Source: Nitrospirota bacterium (lineage in GTDB: Bacteria > Nitrospirota > UBA9217). Taken from it: 64,000 nt of DNA. Where the stretch lies: positions 928,001 to 992,000 of the forward strand of contig CAVTRN010000002.1 of NCBI GenBank assembly GCA_963737155.1. Direction: 5' to 3'. Shown here piece after piece: positions 1 to 10,359 of the stretch (its first letter is position 1; each line of letters begins with the position of its first letter). Made by a program: the position numbers and the translations under genes. Below the pieces are notes generated by a model that worked only from the letters and a program-made list of their open reading frames with translations, searched no databases and was not told the DNA's origin.

Positions 1-9
1 TTACTTCCG

Positions 10-483
10 ATGGTATTTATCATTGCGGCTATTGCGTGGGTTCTCTACTTTCGCGACAAGCGTCACGGTGCATTCGGAATCCGCACGGCTTTCTCTCTGC
101 TTGTCGGCACTTCGCTTCCCATTGCCTTTGTTCTGAAATCCCTGCTGAAGTTCCTGTTTGGCGGTATCGCCACGCGTTTCTGGCTGGCCTGCAACGTTGT
201 CAGGGAGTTCCACTGGTTTCACGGTGTCGACGCATACGTCGGCTTTCCTTCCGGTCATATGATTGTCTTTACGGTCCTCCTGATGGACTTGGGGAAATAT
301 TATCCACGATACCGCTGGGCCTGTGCCGGATCTTTATTCTTGCTGGCGCTGGCGCTCATTGTGACGGACTATCATTTCCTGAGCGATGTCATCGCGGGAA
401 CTTATTTCGGCGGCCTCATTCATTTTGGCACGGACCACAGTTTGGCTTTATTACACAAATCTGGCATAAATGACCGAAAATAG
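10..483 (+). CDS. PAP2-family membrane phosphatase (probably 5'-truncated by the window edge)
   Basis: PAP2 motifs K..FG..R, FPSGH and HFLSDV; hydrophobic segments. Confidence 0.8.
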   Translation: MVFIIAAIAWVLYFRDKRHGAFGIRTAFSLLVGTSLPIAFVLKSLLKFLFGGIATRFWLACNVVREFHWFHGVDAYVGFPSGHMIVFTVLLMDLGKYYPRYRWACAGSLFLLALALIVTDYHFLSDVIAGTYFGGLIHFGTDHSLALLHKSGINDRK

Positions 484-779
484 GGAATCGATGCCGGTTC
501 TCCTGTCCTTGATTTCCATGGTGCAAACCCAGCATTTGGTTGACAGCTTGCCAGTCTTAAGTTATGATACCAAGGCCTGTAACCGGCTTCAGCGGTTTAC
601 GGGCCTGCGGCTAGCACGATTGGACAGGACCCTCATTGAGAGGAGGGGTACGGGGAGGATGAGCTCTCCGGCACTTGTTCGCGTTGCCCTCTCCCAACCG
701 CCCTTATCAGGGGAGGATTCCGATGAATGTATTTTTTCTCATGCCTCGTAGTGGTGCAGGTCGCTGAAGGGATCCAACG

Positions 780-2663
780 TTGAAAAAAAAGATTGTTATA
801 ACACTGATTACGGCCTGTCTGGTTGCTCTTATTGGCGGCGCCTCACTACTGGTCCTGATAGACCATGCGGCGTCGAACTATGACGAGTTGATCATGCTGC
901 ACCAGGTGGAAATCCTGCGGCAGCAGTTGTTGCTTGAGATCCGCAAGGTGGAAGCGGATTTGTCCTCGCAGTACACGCGGCATCCCCAATCGGATGGCAC
1001 CGTAAATAAACATATCACGGTCATGGGAAGCGTTGTTAAGTCTTGCTCCGGGTGTCACCACTCACCGAGTGTGACGGCAAAAATCGAAGATCTGCAGCAT
1101 CATGCCGATGAATACAGCCGCGCAGTAGACAAGGCCTTCAGGGGACCGTCAGTTGGTCTTGTGCGAAAGGCAAAAAGAGGTCGACGGAAACAGGCAATAG
1201 CCCGGGGGAACCGTCCGGGGGATCTGGAGCAGGCAAGTCTCATTGGCAATTCACTGGTCAGCAAGGTAGATTCCATAATTGTTCTGACCAAGGAACAGCT
1301 CGATGAAAAGACCAGACAAGCCGCACTGGATACCTCTCGCACGAAAATTATCGTGCTCATGGTTGTTGCCGCCGGTCCTATTCTATTCGTTCTGTTCGGC
1401 TTACTGGCGGGCAGAAGCCTTACGAAACCGATCAGCATCCTGGTCAACGCAGCGAGAGAATTGAAAGGCGGTGTCCTGGACCACCGAATCACCGGGCTCA
1501 AGGACGAATTCGCTGAACTGGCAGTGGCTTTCAACGACATGGCCGTATCCTTGAAAGACAACATAACGGCCATTGAAGAGAGTGAGGGGCGGTACCGCCA
1601 TCTGTTCGACAGCGCCTCCGACGCCATTTTCGTCCTGGATGTGGAAGGTGACCAGGCCGGTAAAATTCTGCAGGTTAATAATGCCGGTGCGCAGATGCAC
1701 GGCTATACTGTTGAAGAACTCTTGAAAATGAACGTCAACGAGCTTAATAGTTCCGATTCGGCGCTGGGGTTCGCATCCCGCATACAGCGGATTCTGGGTG
1801 GACAGAGGATCCAGGTGGAGCTGAACCATCGAAGAAAAGACGGCACGATATTTCCCGTCGAGACCAGCGCGGGATTATTCGAGGTTGGCAGCCGTAAATA
1901 TATTCTCGTCATCGACCGTGAGATAATCGAGAGAAAGCAGGCCGAAGAGGCCCTCCAGCGGGCGCAGCAGATCCGGACTTCGGCGGAACTGGCCACGGGC
2001 ATGGCCCATGAAATAAAAAACCCGCTCGCTGGCATCAAACTGTCGATCGAGATTCTTTTGGAGGAACCGCAGCTGTCGGAGGAAAACAAAACCCTCATAA
2101 GGAAAGTAATCGACGAAATCAAGCGCATTGAACATCTGATGAAGGGCTTGCTCAGTTTTGCCAGACCTCCCAAACCGCAGCTGGCGAATACCGATGTCTG
2201 TGAAGTCCTTGAAGCGGTGATGAGCCTGGCGTTGCACAGCCGTCCGTCTTTGCGGGAAAAAGCAGGCTCCATTCAACTCGTGAAGGTTTTCGGGCAGCGT
2301 CTGCCGACAACCTATGCTGACCCCATGCAGCTGAAGCAGGTCTTCATGAACCTGCTTCTGAATGCGGTCGACGCGATGCCGGGCGGAGGAACCGTTACCG
2401 TCAAGACGTCGTTCGACCCATCATCTTTCAATATTATCGTCGACATTTCTGACACGGGGTCGGGGATAGATGCGGCTGTATTGCCTGAGTTGTTCAAACC
2501 TTTTTACACGACAAAGCCCAAGGGAACCGGGTTGGGGCTTGCGACATCCAAGCGGCTGATCGAGGAGCACGGCGGAACTATACGTATCGAAAACAACGCA
2601 GAACACGGTGCCACGGTGCGTGTCAAACTCCCTGCGATAACTTCGGAAAGGATGACGGCCTAG
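780..2663 (+). CDS. Sensor histidine kinase: periplasmic c-type heme motif, HAMP, PAS, HisKA, HATPase
   Basis: Two TM helices flank a domain with CSGCH; H-box AHEIKNPL, N-box NLLLNA, DTGSG and GTGLGL. Confidence 0.93.
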   Translation: MKKKIVITLITACLVALIGGASLLVLIDHAASNYDELIMLHQVEILRQQLLLEIRKVEADLSSQYTRHPQSDGTVNKHITVMGSVVKSCSGCHHSPSVTAKIEDLQHHADEYSRAVDKAFRGPSVGLVRKAKRGRRKQAIARGNRPGDLEQASLIGNSLVSKVDSIIVLTKEQLDEKTRQAALDTSRTKIIVLMVVAAGPILFVLFGLLAGRSLTKPISILVNAARELKGGVLDHRITGLKDEFAELAVAFNDMAVSLKDNITAIEESEGRYRHLFDSASDAIFVLDVEGDQAGKILQVNNAGAQMHGYTVEELLKMNVNELNSSDSALGFASRIQRILGGQRIQVELNHRRKDGTIFPVETSAGLFEVGSRKYILVIDREIIERKQAEEALQRAQQIRTSAELATGMAHEIKNPLAGIKLSIEILLEEPQLSEENKTLIRKVIDEIKRIEHLMKGLLSFARPPKPQLANTDVCEVLEAVMSLALHSRPSLREKAGSIQLVKVFGQRLPTTYADPMQLKQVFMNLLLNAVDAMPGGGTVTVKTSFDPSSFNIIVDISDTGSGIDAAVLPELFKPFYTTKPKGTGLGLATSKRLIEEHGGTIRIENNAEHGATVRVKLPAITSERMTA

Positions 2664-2946
2664 TCAATTACCCACCACCTAACTCGTTGAGTTGAGGTGG
2701 GGGCTTGTAACGGCCATGCATTAAGGCTTTTGCAGGCCCATTTGACTAGGGGGCTGATTTAGCTTATCGGCAGCAGTTGTCAAGGTCACGACACCATGGG
2801 GCATTCCGCACACTCCATGCAACTGTCGCCGGCGATTAAAAGTCCAAAGGGGTTAGCGGACGGTGTCGCCGGCACGAAAAGCCTTTACAACAGCCCCGAT
2901 GCGGTGCAGGTCTTTACGACTGCAACTCTGAAAGGAGGGACAGAAC
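2663..2946 (+). ncRNA. omegaRNA (HEARO-like) scaffold of IscB
   Basis: ~285-nt structured non-coding leader before iscB, starting GTCAA with the hairpin CCACCT-AACTC-gtt-GAGTT-g-AGGTGG. The 3' boundary is approximate. Confidence 0.8.
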
Positions 2947-4182
2947 TTGAGAGTATCTGTCTATGTTTTAAACAGGCGAGGGCAACCGCTCATGCCGTGC
3001 TTGCCACGGAAGGCACGAGTGTTATTAAGAAGCAAAAAAGCAAAGGTGTACCAGAGAACCCCGTTTACGATTCAGCTTACAGGGACAACGGGTGAAGCGA
3101 AACAGCCAGTTACTCTCGGCGTCGATTCTGGCTACGTCCACGTCGGGCTGTCTGCAGTAACGCCGAAGCAAGAAGTTTATGCCGCCGCCGTTCATCTTCG
3201 CGAGGACATCGTAAAGTTGAATTCCGAACGTCGGATGTACCGCAAAACGAGACGCGGCCGCAAGACCTGGTATCGTCAACCGCGCTTCCTTAACCGCAAA
3301 AAGCCGGAAGGCTGGCTCGCGCCGTCGATTCAGCACAAACTTGACAGCCAGATCAAGCTAGTGCAGAATACGGCGGTGATATTGCCCCTTTCCAAAGTTA
3401 TCGTCGAGGTTGCTGCGTTCGATATCCAAAAGATTAAAGAACCGACGATTTCAGGCGCTGGTTACCAAAACGGGCCACAAAAGGATTTTGCCAACGTGCG
3501 CGAATACGTCCTTTACCGCGACGGGCACACCTGCCGGCACTGCAAAGGCAAATCGAAAGACCCAATACTCGAGGTCCATCACATCGTCTCTCGGCAGATC
3601 GGCGGTGACCGTCTGGACAATCTGGCGACGCTCTGCAAGACGTGCCATGATAAGCATACGACGGGCAAGTTAGTTCTGAACCTCAAGCCCTCAAACGGGT
3701 TTAAAGCTGAGACCTTTATGTCCATAGTGAGGTGGAAAATCGTCGATCGCTTGCAGGCGCTGGGCTTTGCTGCATCTCACACCTACGGCTACATCACCAA
3801 GCAGGATCGCAAAACACTTGCACTGCCCAAGTCTCACATCAACGACGCTTTCGTAATCGCCTACGGCGCGGACCAAAGCCGGGCAATAGGCACATTTTTT
3901 ATCCAGCAGGTCAGAAAAAGTAACCGGAAACTGTTCAAGGGCGATCGCAGTCACATCAAAAACACCGCGCCGAGGTTCATCCACGGGTTCCAACGGTTCG
4001 ACAAAGTGCAGTGGGACGGCAAAGAATGTTTTATTTTCGGCAGACGTTCAAGCGGATATTTCGATGTCCGTAACCTTGACGGGGCAAAGCTTCATGCTTC
4101 TGCCAAACACAACGATTTAACGCTCTTAGAAAGGTCGTCTACGCTATTAATCGAAAGGAAAAGCGCAAGGATGCATGTGTAA
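2947..4182 (+). CDS. iscB: RNA-guided endonuclease IscB
   Basis: PLMP N-terminus, RuvC-I LGVDSG, Arg-rich bridge helix, RuvC-II IVE, HNH (CRHC..EVHH..NLATLCKTCH), RuvC-III SHINDA; RBS AAAGGAGG. Confidence 0.95.
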   Translation: MRVSVYVLNRRGQPLMPCLPRKARVLLRSKKAKVYQRTPFTIQLTGTTGEAKQPVTLGVDSGYVHVGLSAVTPKQEVYAAAVHLREDIVKLNSERRMYRKTRRGRKTWYRQPRFLNRKKPEGWLAPSIQHKLDSQIKLVQNTAVILPLSKVIVEVAAFDIQKIKEPTISGAGYQNGPQKDFANVREYVLYRDGHTCRHCKGKSKDPILEVHHIVSRQIGGDRLDNLATLCKTCHDKHTTGKLVLNLKPSNGFKAETFMSIVRWKIVDRLQALGFAASHTYGYITKQDRKTLALPKSHINDAFVIAYGADQSRAIGTFFIQQVRKSNRKLFKGDRSHIKNTAPRFIHGFQRFDKVQWDGKECFIFGRRSSGYFDVRNLDGAKLHASAKHNDLTLLERSSTLLIERKSARMHV

Positions 4183-4252
4183 CTGCATGGCAATTCCTCC
4201 CGCAACCTCTATGTAAATCAAGTAGGTTGGGGTATCCTTGCCACAAAAATAG

Positions 4253-5642
4253 ATGAAGGACCAGCAGAAGATTTATCTCATTGACGATGATGAGCTTATT
4301 GTGTCCATGCTCTCCCGGGTACTTAAAAGCAACGGGTATGAGGTTCGGACTGCGACCGGCACCGATGGCATCGTGAGCAAGATTAAAGCTTGGTCACCCG
4401 CCGTGGTCATGCTTGACATCCGGATCGCTGACCAGAGCGGCATCGATGTCCTGAAGGAGATCGTCAAGCAGGATCTGCCGACTCAGGTGGTCATGCTGAC
4501 AGCCGATGATACGGCGGAAACCGCAGTAAGGGCGATGAAACTGGGTGCCGCTGATTATCTCACGAAGCCGTTCAATGTCGAGGAGGTGAAAATTGTACTC
4601 CAGAACATCATTGAAAAGGGGAAGCTGAAGCAGGAAGTCCTCTATCTGAGGAAGGTCCAATCCGAAGTCTTCGAGAAGGAAATCATAGGCACGTCGAAAA
4701 AGATCCAGGATCTGAAGTCAAAAATAGAGAGGATGGCCGAGGCTTCCGTCTCAACGGTGCTGATCACCGGAGAGAGCGGTACGGGCAAGGAGTTGTTCGC
4801 ACGCTACGCCCATCGCATGCTCCATCAATCCTCCGGCAGCGGTTTTGCACCATTCATCAAGGTCAACTGCGCCGCCCTGCCTGAAACGCTCCTGGAGAGT
4901 GAGTTGTTCGGGTATGAAAAAGGGTCGTTTACCGATGCGAAGTCGGACAAGAAGGGGTTGTTCGAAATGGCGCAGGGCGGTTCCATTCTTCTTGATGAAA
5001 TCGGCGATATGAAGCAAACCCTCCAGGGCAAGATGCTTCGGGTGCTTGAAGAGCGGACAGTGAGGCCGGTGGGCGGCAGCGAGGAAATACCGATTGATGT
5101 CACGGTGATCGCCACGACGAACAGGAATCTGGCGGAATCCGTGGACCAGGGGACATTCAGAATCGATTTATTCTTCCGGTTGAGCACGTTCTACCTGCAC
5201 ATACCGCCGCTAAGGGAGCGTCAGGAAGATATCCCGTATATCATACAGCATTATCTGTCTCAGTTCACGACGCGGTATCAACGAAAATCCATAACGCGCG
5301 TTTCTCCCGAAGCGGAGAAGATCCTTACCTCTTACCGCTGGCCGGGGAACATCAGGGAGCTAAGAAACCTGCTGGAGCGGCTCGTGGTTCTTGAAGGAGC
5401 GGAGGAGATCGTGCCCGAGCATCTGCCGAACTGGCTGACCACTAGCGCGGGTATCGACACGCCCGCCCCCGGGGGGACGGATCTCGCTTCCGACGCAGGG
5501 CATATCTTTTAATGAGCTGGAAAAGGATCTCATTAGCCAAGCGCTTGAGCGGACAAGCAATAATAAAACGCAGGCCGCGAAACTCCTGGGTCTCAGCTAT
5601 GATGCCTTTCGTTATCAAGTGAAAAAGTTCGGGTTGGAATGA
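4253..5642 (+). pseudogene. NtrC/AtoC-type sigma54 response regulator (REC-AAA+-Fis HTH) with a +1 frameshift before the HTH (possible sequencing error)
   Basis: ORF 4253-5512 has REC, GESGTGKE, GSFTDA and WPGNIREL. The Fis HTH (ELEKDLISQALERTSNNKTQAAKLLGLSYDAFRYQVKKFGLE*) continues in the +1 frame after the C5G6 tract at 5466-5476. Confidence 0.85.
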
Positions 5643-5919
5643 TCTGACAGGTCCCGGTTGTATAGAGCCGGGGTTTACAGCATACTTGCGGGTCCACCTC
5701 AATAAAAGATAGAGCGCGGTTTGCCCGGTTCAGGTTATCCTTCTGCGACGTAAAACTTCGTCTTATCATGCCGGTGAGGATATGAAAGCGTCGGGATAAA
5801 ACGGCATAGAGTCAGGAGTGGAAGTCTCATACATGAGAGGATGAGCTGATCCGTCATGGCTTCGAGGCCTGCGCGGGGAGCCGTGAGATTGCACGTGAAG
5901 AGTTACGTTCCTGCCGCGA

Positions 5920-6609
5920 TCAAATAAACTGAATTCCCGCCCGATAGCGGTCACTCGCGCTTGAGGGTGTTACCCACCGAACAATACCGCGGACGTGCTC
6001 GCTTTCGTTCTTGAGCCTGATGATCCGGCCCGGCTCGATATAGGCGTTTGTCGTGATGCCGAGGCCATTCACGCAGATATCGACCGTATCGGCATAACAA
6101 CGATGCCGATCATCCTCCGAATCGGTAGAGAGAATGGTGTAATTCCACGGGTTTGTAAAGGGCTTCCGGTCATGGAGCCTTTTCTCTCCGCTAAGCCTGG
6201 TCATCAGGAAGTTGTGATCCTGGTAGGTATCTATGTGTTTTCCCAGAATTTCCTCCACCACCGCTTTTACCTGAAAAAGATTAAACGGCTTGGCCAGGAG
6301 ATGAAGCGCATGCTCGCGAACGGCTTTCAGCGTGGCGTCATCGGGATGGCTGCCATCCATCATGATGATGCCTGCCCTGGGAGCTTTCTCTCTGATTACT
6401 TTCATCAGGTCAAGGCCGCTCATGTCGGGAAGGAGAAGGGCAAGTAAGCAGAGATCGACTGAGAACGCCTCGATCCATTTGAGCGCATCTGTCCCGGTTG
6501 ATGCGTGTAAAATGACGGTGCAATCATCGCTTAGCAGCGGAGACAGCAGGGAATAGGTCAAATTGTCGTCGTCGACGATAAGGATGAACTTTTTCATAGC
6601 TTGAGTCAC
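5920..6609 (-). CDS. Atypical receiver (no phospho-Asp) plus PilZ-like domain
   Basis: REC fold (IVDDD...KPF) with LLALLLPD where the acceptor Asp normally sits; RLHDR and DICVNG PilZ-like motifs. Confidence 0.75.
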   Translation of the reverse strand: MTQAMKKFILIVDDDNLTYSLLSPLLSDDCTVILHASTGTDALKWIEAFSVDLCLLALLLPDMSGLDLMKVIREKAPRAGIIMMDGSHPDDATLKAVREHALHLLAKPFNLFQVKAVVEEILGKHIDTYQDHNFLMTRLSGEKRLHDRKPFTNPWNYTILSTDSEDDRHRCYADTVDICVNGLGITTNAYIEPGRIIRLKNESEHVRGIVRWVTPSSASDRYRAGIQFI

Positions 6610-6741
6610 GGGACTGCGGTAACAGTTTCCAGTAAACGGTCCCTCGGGAATGAAGAAGCACGGTTCAAGACTTATCTTAGTGGTGCATCAAACTGTGTTT
6701 CTTGCGGCGGAACCCGTGGTTGAGTTCTGGCTGGATTTGCA

Positions 6742-7470
6742 TTAGTGCGGAATGTTATCCGGCGATACGAATTGAATTCCCGCCCTGTACGCTGCCATGG
6801 CGTCGGAGTATTCGCTCCATCGGACCACGCCTCTGCCGTGTACTGGCGCTTCGCTTAACCGGATAAAGTGCCCCGGTTGCAGTTTATGATCGGTAAGGAT
6901 GCCCATGCCTGCCTCGCTGACATCGACAATGCTGGCGGAAACGAGTGTGGCGGTCCTGTCGTCGTCATGCGGGGCGACCGCGTAACAGGTGATTTTGTTG
7001 GTGATCGGCTTCCGCGGGTGTTTTCTGGTATCATCGCAAACCCAGTGAACCGAGGGGATCCCGTATCCAGCCGCGACGCTGTCCTCTCCGGCCGGGTGTT
7101 TTCCAATGGAAAGGACCCAACCGGCCAGCTTCTTGACCTGTTCAAGTTCAAAGGGCTTGGAAATCAGACAATGCGCGTTTTCGCGGACCGCTTTAATGAT
7201 TGCATCCGTGATTTCGCTTCCCGTCATCATGATGATGCGTGTTTGGGGAGAAACATCGCGCAGCTTTTTCATGATATCCAAGCCGTTGATGTCCGGGAGG
7301 TGCATATCAATAAAGCAGAGGTCGAAATGGTTTTCGTCAATTGCCTTTAGTGCCGATTTCCGGTCTGTCGCGGTTATTATTTCTCTATCGCCGTTGTGAA
7401 AGACTGTGGAAAGCGATTCGCGAATTAAATCTTCATCATCAACGATAAGGAATTTTTTCATAGTTTGCAT
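6742..7470 (-). CDS. Response regulator REC plus PilZ domain
   Basis: IVDDE, FIDMHLPD, KPF; PilZ motifs RKHPR and DVSEAG; paralog of 5920-6609. Confidence 0.8.
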   Translation of the reverse strand: MQTMKKFLIVDDEDLIRESLSTVFHNGDREIITATDRKSALKAIDENHFDLCFIDMHLPDINGLDIMKKLRDVSPQTRIIMMTGSEITDAIIKAVRENAHCLISKPFELEQVKKLAGWVLSIGKHPAGEDSVAAGYGIPSVHWVCDDTRKHPRKPITNKITCYAVAPHDDDRTATLVSASIVDVSEAGMGILTDHKLQPGHFIRLSEAPVHGRGVVRWSEYSDAMAAYRAGIQFVSPDNIPH

Positions 7471-7960
7471 ATATTAATTCATTTCCTCCGGATAAGATTT
7501 CCGATTGGATGATGAACATATGGAATCAGTTGTTATATAAAGCAATTATCATACCATATATTGTGGAGCCGGCAGAATTATTATTAACCCTTTTTTCCCG
7601 CCAAATGTGCATTTTTTTGATTTTATATCTGCTGCAGGTATATTTTCGACTCAAACTTAATGGTGAAATAACCTCTACTGCTGGTAATTTTACCAGCAAA
7701 AATGTGCAGCACATAAAATTAGAACTTTGCTTGGGATGAATTCATGTTTTCGGAGGTGCACGAACACTTTTTTTTGGAATATGATCATTATCATTATTTT
7801 AATTGTCATGGTGAACTTGTCCCTTATGTATTAGATTAAATATACATATCATATACTTAATCGTGGCGATATGACCTAATCTCTCTGGTTATTTAACCAC
7901 TTTTATTCGGAATGCCGGCATGAAAGTGACAAATTCATTGCTTTTATGACGAATTTTTTC

Positions 7961-7975
7961 CGGCATAATTATTGC
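7961..7975 (+). promoter_or_regulatory. Putative sigma54 -24/-12 promoter for the lipoprotein gene
   Basis: CGGCAT-AATTA-TTGC (GG-N10-GC) in an AT-rich intergenic region. Confidence 0.6.
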
Positions 7976-8186
7976 TTTATAATAGAGCCGGATAGAAAGA
8001 GCCATATGCGTGATTTCTTAATAAAATAAAGCTGAGGTAGATGAATAGTGCGAAACAAAGAAGTTAATGGAGGCGGTAAAAAGGGAAAGCCATTAATCCA
8101 TCTTGACAAAAAGTAACTCTAGGATTAAGTTGGTAGACGTTTTATAAAAAGTTATGATTTTGGGTTGGAAGGAGAATCGGAAAATA

Positions 8187-9761
8187 ATGAAAAAAATAAA
8201 CGGGATACTGTACATTATTTTTGTTGCGGCCACCCTTACGGTCACGGCTTGTGGCGGCGGAGGCGGAGGAGGATCAACAGCAACTTCACCAGGAGGAGGA
8301 GGTGGCGGAGGTGGCGGTACACCGCCGGCGTGGCAGGGAACGTTGATCAGCGCTGCTTCTCTAACGATAACGCCTATCACAGCTTTCACTCAGGACGTTG
8401 CATCCGACGGCACCGGCTCGTTTTATGAGATTTTCCCCGGTTCGGCAAATGCCTGGACGCTTGATCCCGGTGATTTCAGCCTTGTGGATGGTTTCGGCAA
8501 TCAATTTTTTTATGCGCTTGATTTAACGGTAGGTGGCACCGATCTTGAGACGCTGGGCAGTCAGCTGGGCAATCAAGATCAACTGACATATGCTAATTTG
8601 TCATTTTATACTCCAATCTTGGCAACTGCCGTCGTGGCCACAGTATCGGACGGGAGCACCATGGGGCCATCGACAGTGCCGGGAACAGTGGGATATGCGA
8701 TAGCGTCGGTAAAGACTGGTACCTATGCGGCCTTCCTTAATGCTACCTCCAACTCCCGTCTCCAGCAAACCATCGATCTTACTTCGGTAAACCCGGCGAG
8801 CACGAATGGGAGCACGATTGCATTCTCATGGACCGATGCCGAATCTTTGTCAGGTGGGGAAATTACGCCCTATACTCCAAACTATCAGGTGGTAGTGCGG
8901 AATACGGATGGATCGCTGGCTACCCAACCGGCGTCACTTATCAATCAAACGTTTAATGGGACATTCCAAAATCATACCGCCTATCTGGATTCCTTTGCAG
9001 GAAAAAAGATCGTTATATCTTTTGAAGAAAACGCCTCGACCGCGCCTTTTGGCGGACAAAGCTACGCTGTATTAGATAACGTAATGATAACAGTCGGCAC
9101 CAACACCACTAACCTCGTAACCAACGGTGGTTTTGAGACCGGCGATCTAACCGGGTGGAACACCAATACACCGATGGAAGTTCAGAATATAACGGCAGGC
9201 ACCTGGACCCCGGTAGCAGGGCTGAATGTTACGAGGTCGTTCTTCACCGAACCACACCAGTTGTGGGGCCGGTGGGTGGATTTATACTCGAATACGACTT
9301 CAACCGCTATTACCACGACCCTTATTTACGAGGTAAGCCTCGGTTACAATTTCATTGGCTCCGCGGGACCCGCTCCGGGGATCATCTATTCTTCTACTAC
9401 CCCAACTACGAGCTTGACTGCGTGGGATTCCTTAAACGGGAGTCGTGATATCGGATGGGTATTCGGAAAAGCAGCCAATGTCGCGTTTACTTCGGATAAT
9501 GGAACGGGGACTGTTGGCAACGATTTAATAGATGTTACCTATAATGTTACCGTCCCGGCGGGCGGCAATGTTGCCATTGTGAATTTTATGCTTATGGACG
9601 GTACATGTACGGGACAGGCCGCGAATGGCAATATAAATGCTAAGGCCACAGCAATCGATAACGAGATTGGGCTAATTGTGAACAACTTTTATACAGACCC
9701 CAATCATACGTATCTTATGGGCATGACCCAGGCACAAATCGATGCAATTCAAAACTTCTGA
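8187..9761 (+). CDS. Thr/Gly-rich beta-sheet surface lipoprotein of unknown function
   Basis: RBS AAGGAG, lipobox VTAC, poly-Gly linkers, NGGFETGDLTGW (CBM-like) motif. Confidence 0.8.
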   Translation: MKKINGILYIIFVAATLTVTACGGGGGGGSTATSPGGGGGGGGGTPPAWQGTLISAASLTITPITAFTQDVASDGTGSFYEIFPGSANAWTLDPGDFSLVDGFGNQFFYALDLTVGGTDLETLGSQLGNQDQLTYANLSFYTPILATAVVATVSDGSTMGPSTVPGTVGYAIASVKTGTYAAFLNATSNSRLQQTIDLTSVNPASTNGSTIAFSWTDAESLSGGEITPYTPNYQVVVRNTDGSLATQPASLINQTFNGTFQNHTAYLDSFAGKKIVISFEENASTAPFGGQSYAVLDNVMITVGTNTTNLVTNGGFETGDLTGWNTNTPMEVQNITAGTWTPVAGLNVTRSFFTEPHQLWGRWVDLYSNTTSTAITTTLIYEVSLGYNFIGSAGPAPGIIYSSTTPTTSLTAWDSLNGSRDIGWVFGKAANVAFTSDNGTGTVGNDLIDVTYNVTVPAGGNVAIVNFMLMDGTCTGQAANGNINAKATAIDNEIGLIVNNFYTDPNHTYLMGMTQAQIDAIQNF

Positions 9762-9845
9762 TGCAGCGTTGTAAATGATATTTCCAAGAAAATGATCCTT
9801 AGCGACACGCCCAAGCGTGTAGCTAAGGGTGTTGAAAACTGCCGT

Positions 9846-9898
9846 CCAAACAAAACGCGCCTCTAACTTAACCGGTTAGAGGCGCGTTTTGTTTTTGG
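9846..9898. terminator. Bidirectional intrinsic terminator
   Basis: Long stem AAACAAAACGCGCCTCTAAC...GTTAGAGGCGCGTTTTGTTT between convergent genes. Confidence 0.8.
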
Positions 9899-10359
9899 CA
9901 TATATTTACTTGACTTAACTCCCTCATCTTTGGTCGTAAAAAGAGTAGTCGCCCTCAATCTAAGACACTTATCCACTCCATAGTGGTAGAATTTCAGGCG
10001 CCTGCAGCGGTTTTTCACCCAGTAAGTTGAAAAATGCACGTCTTAAGATGCGCCGCCACTGTTCATAGAAGTATCTGGTTTTCGGTATTGATGCAGCCAA
10101 GGAAAAGCATAGCGCATTTTTGCGGAATGCCTGCGATAAAACGCTGGTCAGGAATCTTGTCTTTGTCAGCACGCTTGAAAGTCTTAAAAAAGTTGCTCGC
10201 TTATTATATTGAGAGAATCAAATTTCAGCCTGACAGATTCCCTTCGGAGATCGCCTGGATGAAATACGATTCATTCTACCGCACCATAGCGCTGGGCAGG
10301 CTGGGGAAAGACTCCGAAGTACGCTCGCAAAAAACATTTTCCCTTCGAAAGAAGAAAGT

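Larger units (their letters stand above)
2663..4252 (+). mobile_element. Non-autonomous IS200/IS605-superfamily IscB (OMEGA) element
   Basis: Starts with GTCAATTACCC plus a hairpin and ends with a subterminal hairpin (GCAATTCCTCCC...GGGGTATCCTTGC). ATGAA follows directly. Contains iscB and no tnpA. Confidence 0.88.

Noticed and set aside
470-751. 93-aa ORF between PAP2 and the kinase
   Set aside because: No recognisable motif; probably intergenic sequence.
2663-4252. IStron (group I intron) or Cas9/CRISPR interpretation of the IscB locus
   Set aside because: There is no recognisable intron core and no repeat-spacer array. The 411-aa PLMP protein is IscB, and the insertion lies between ORFs, so splicing is not needed.
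8252-8317. GGC/GGA tandem repeats as a contingency locus
   Set aside because: They are mixed-codon, in-frame poly-Gly linkers of the lipoprotein.
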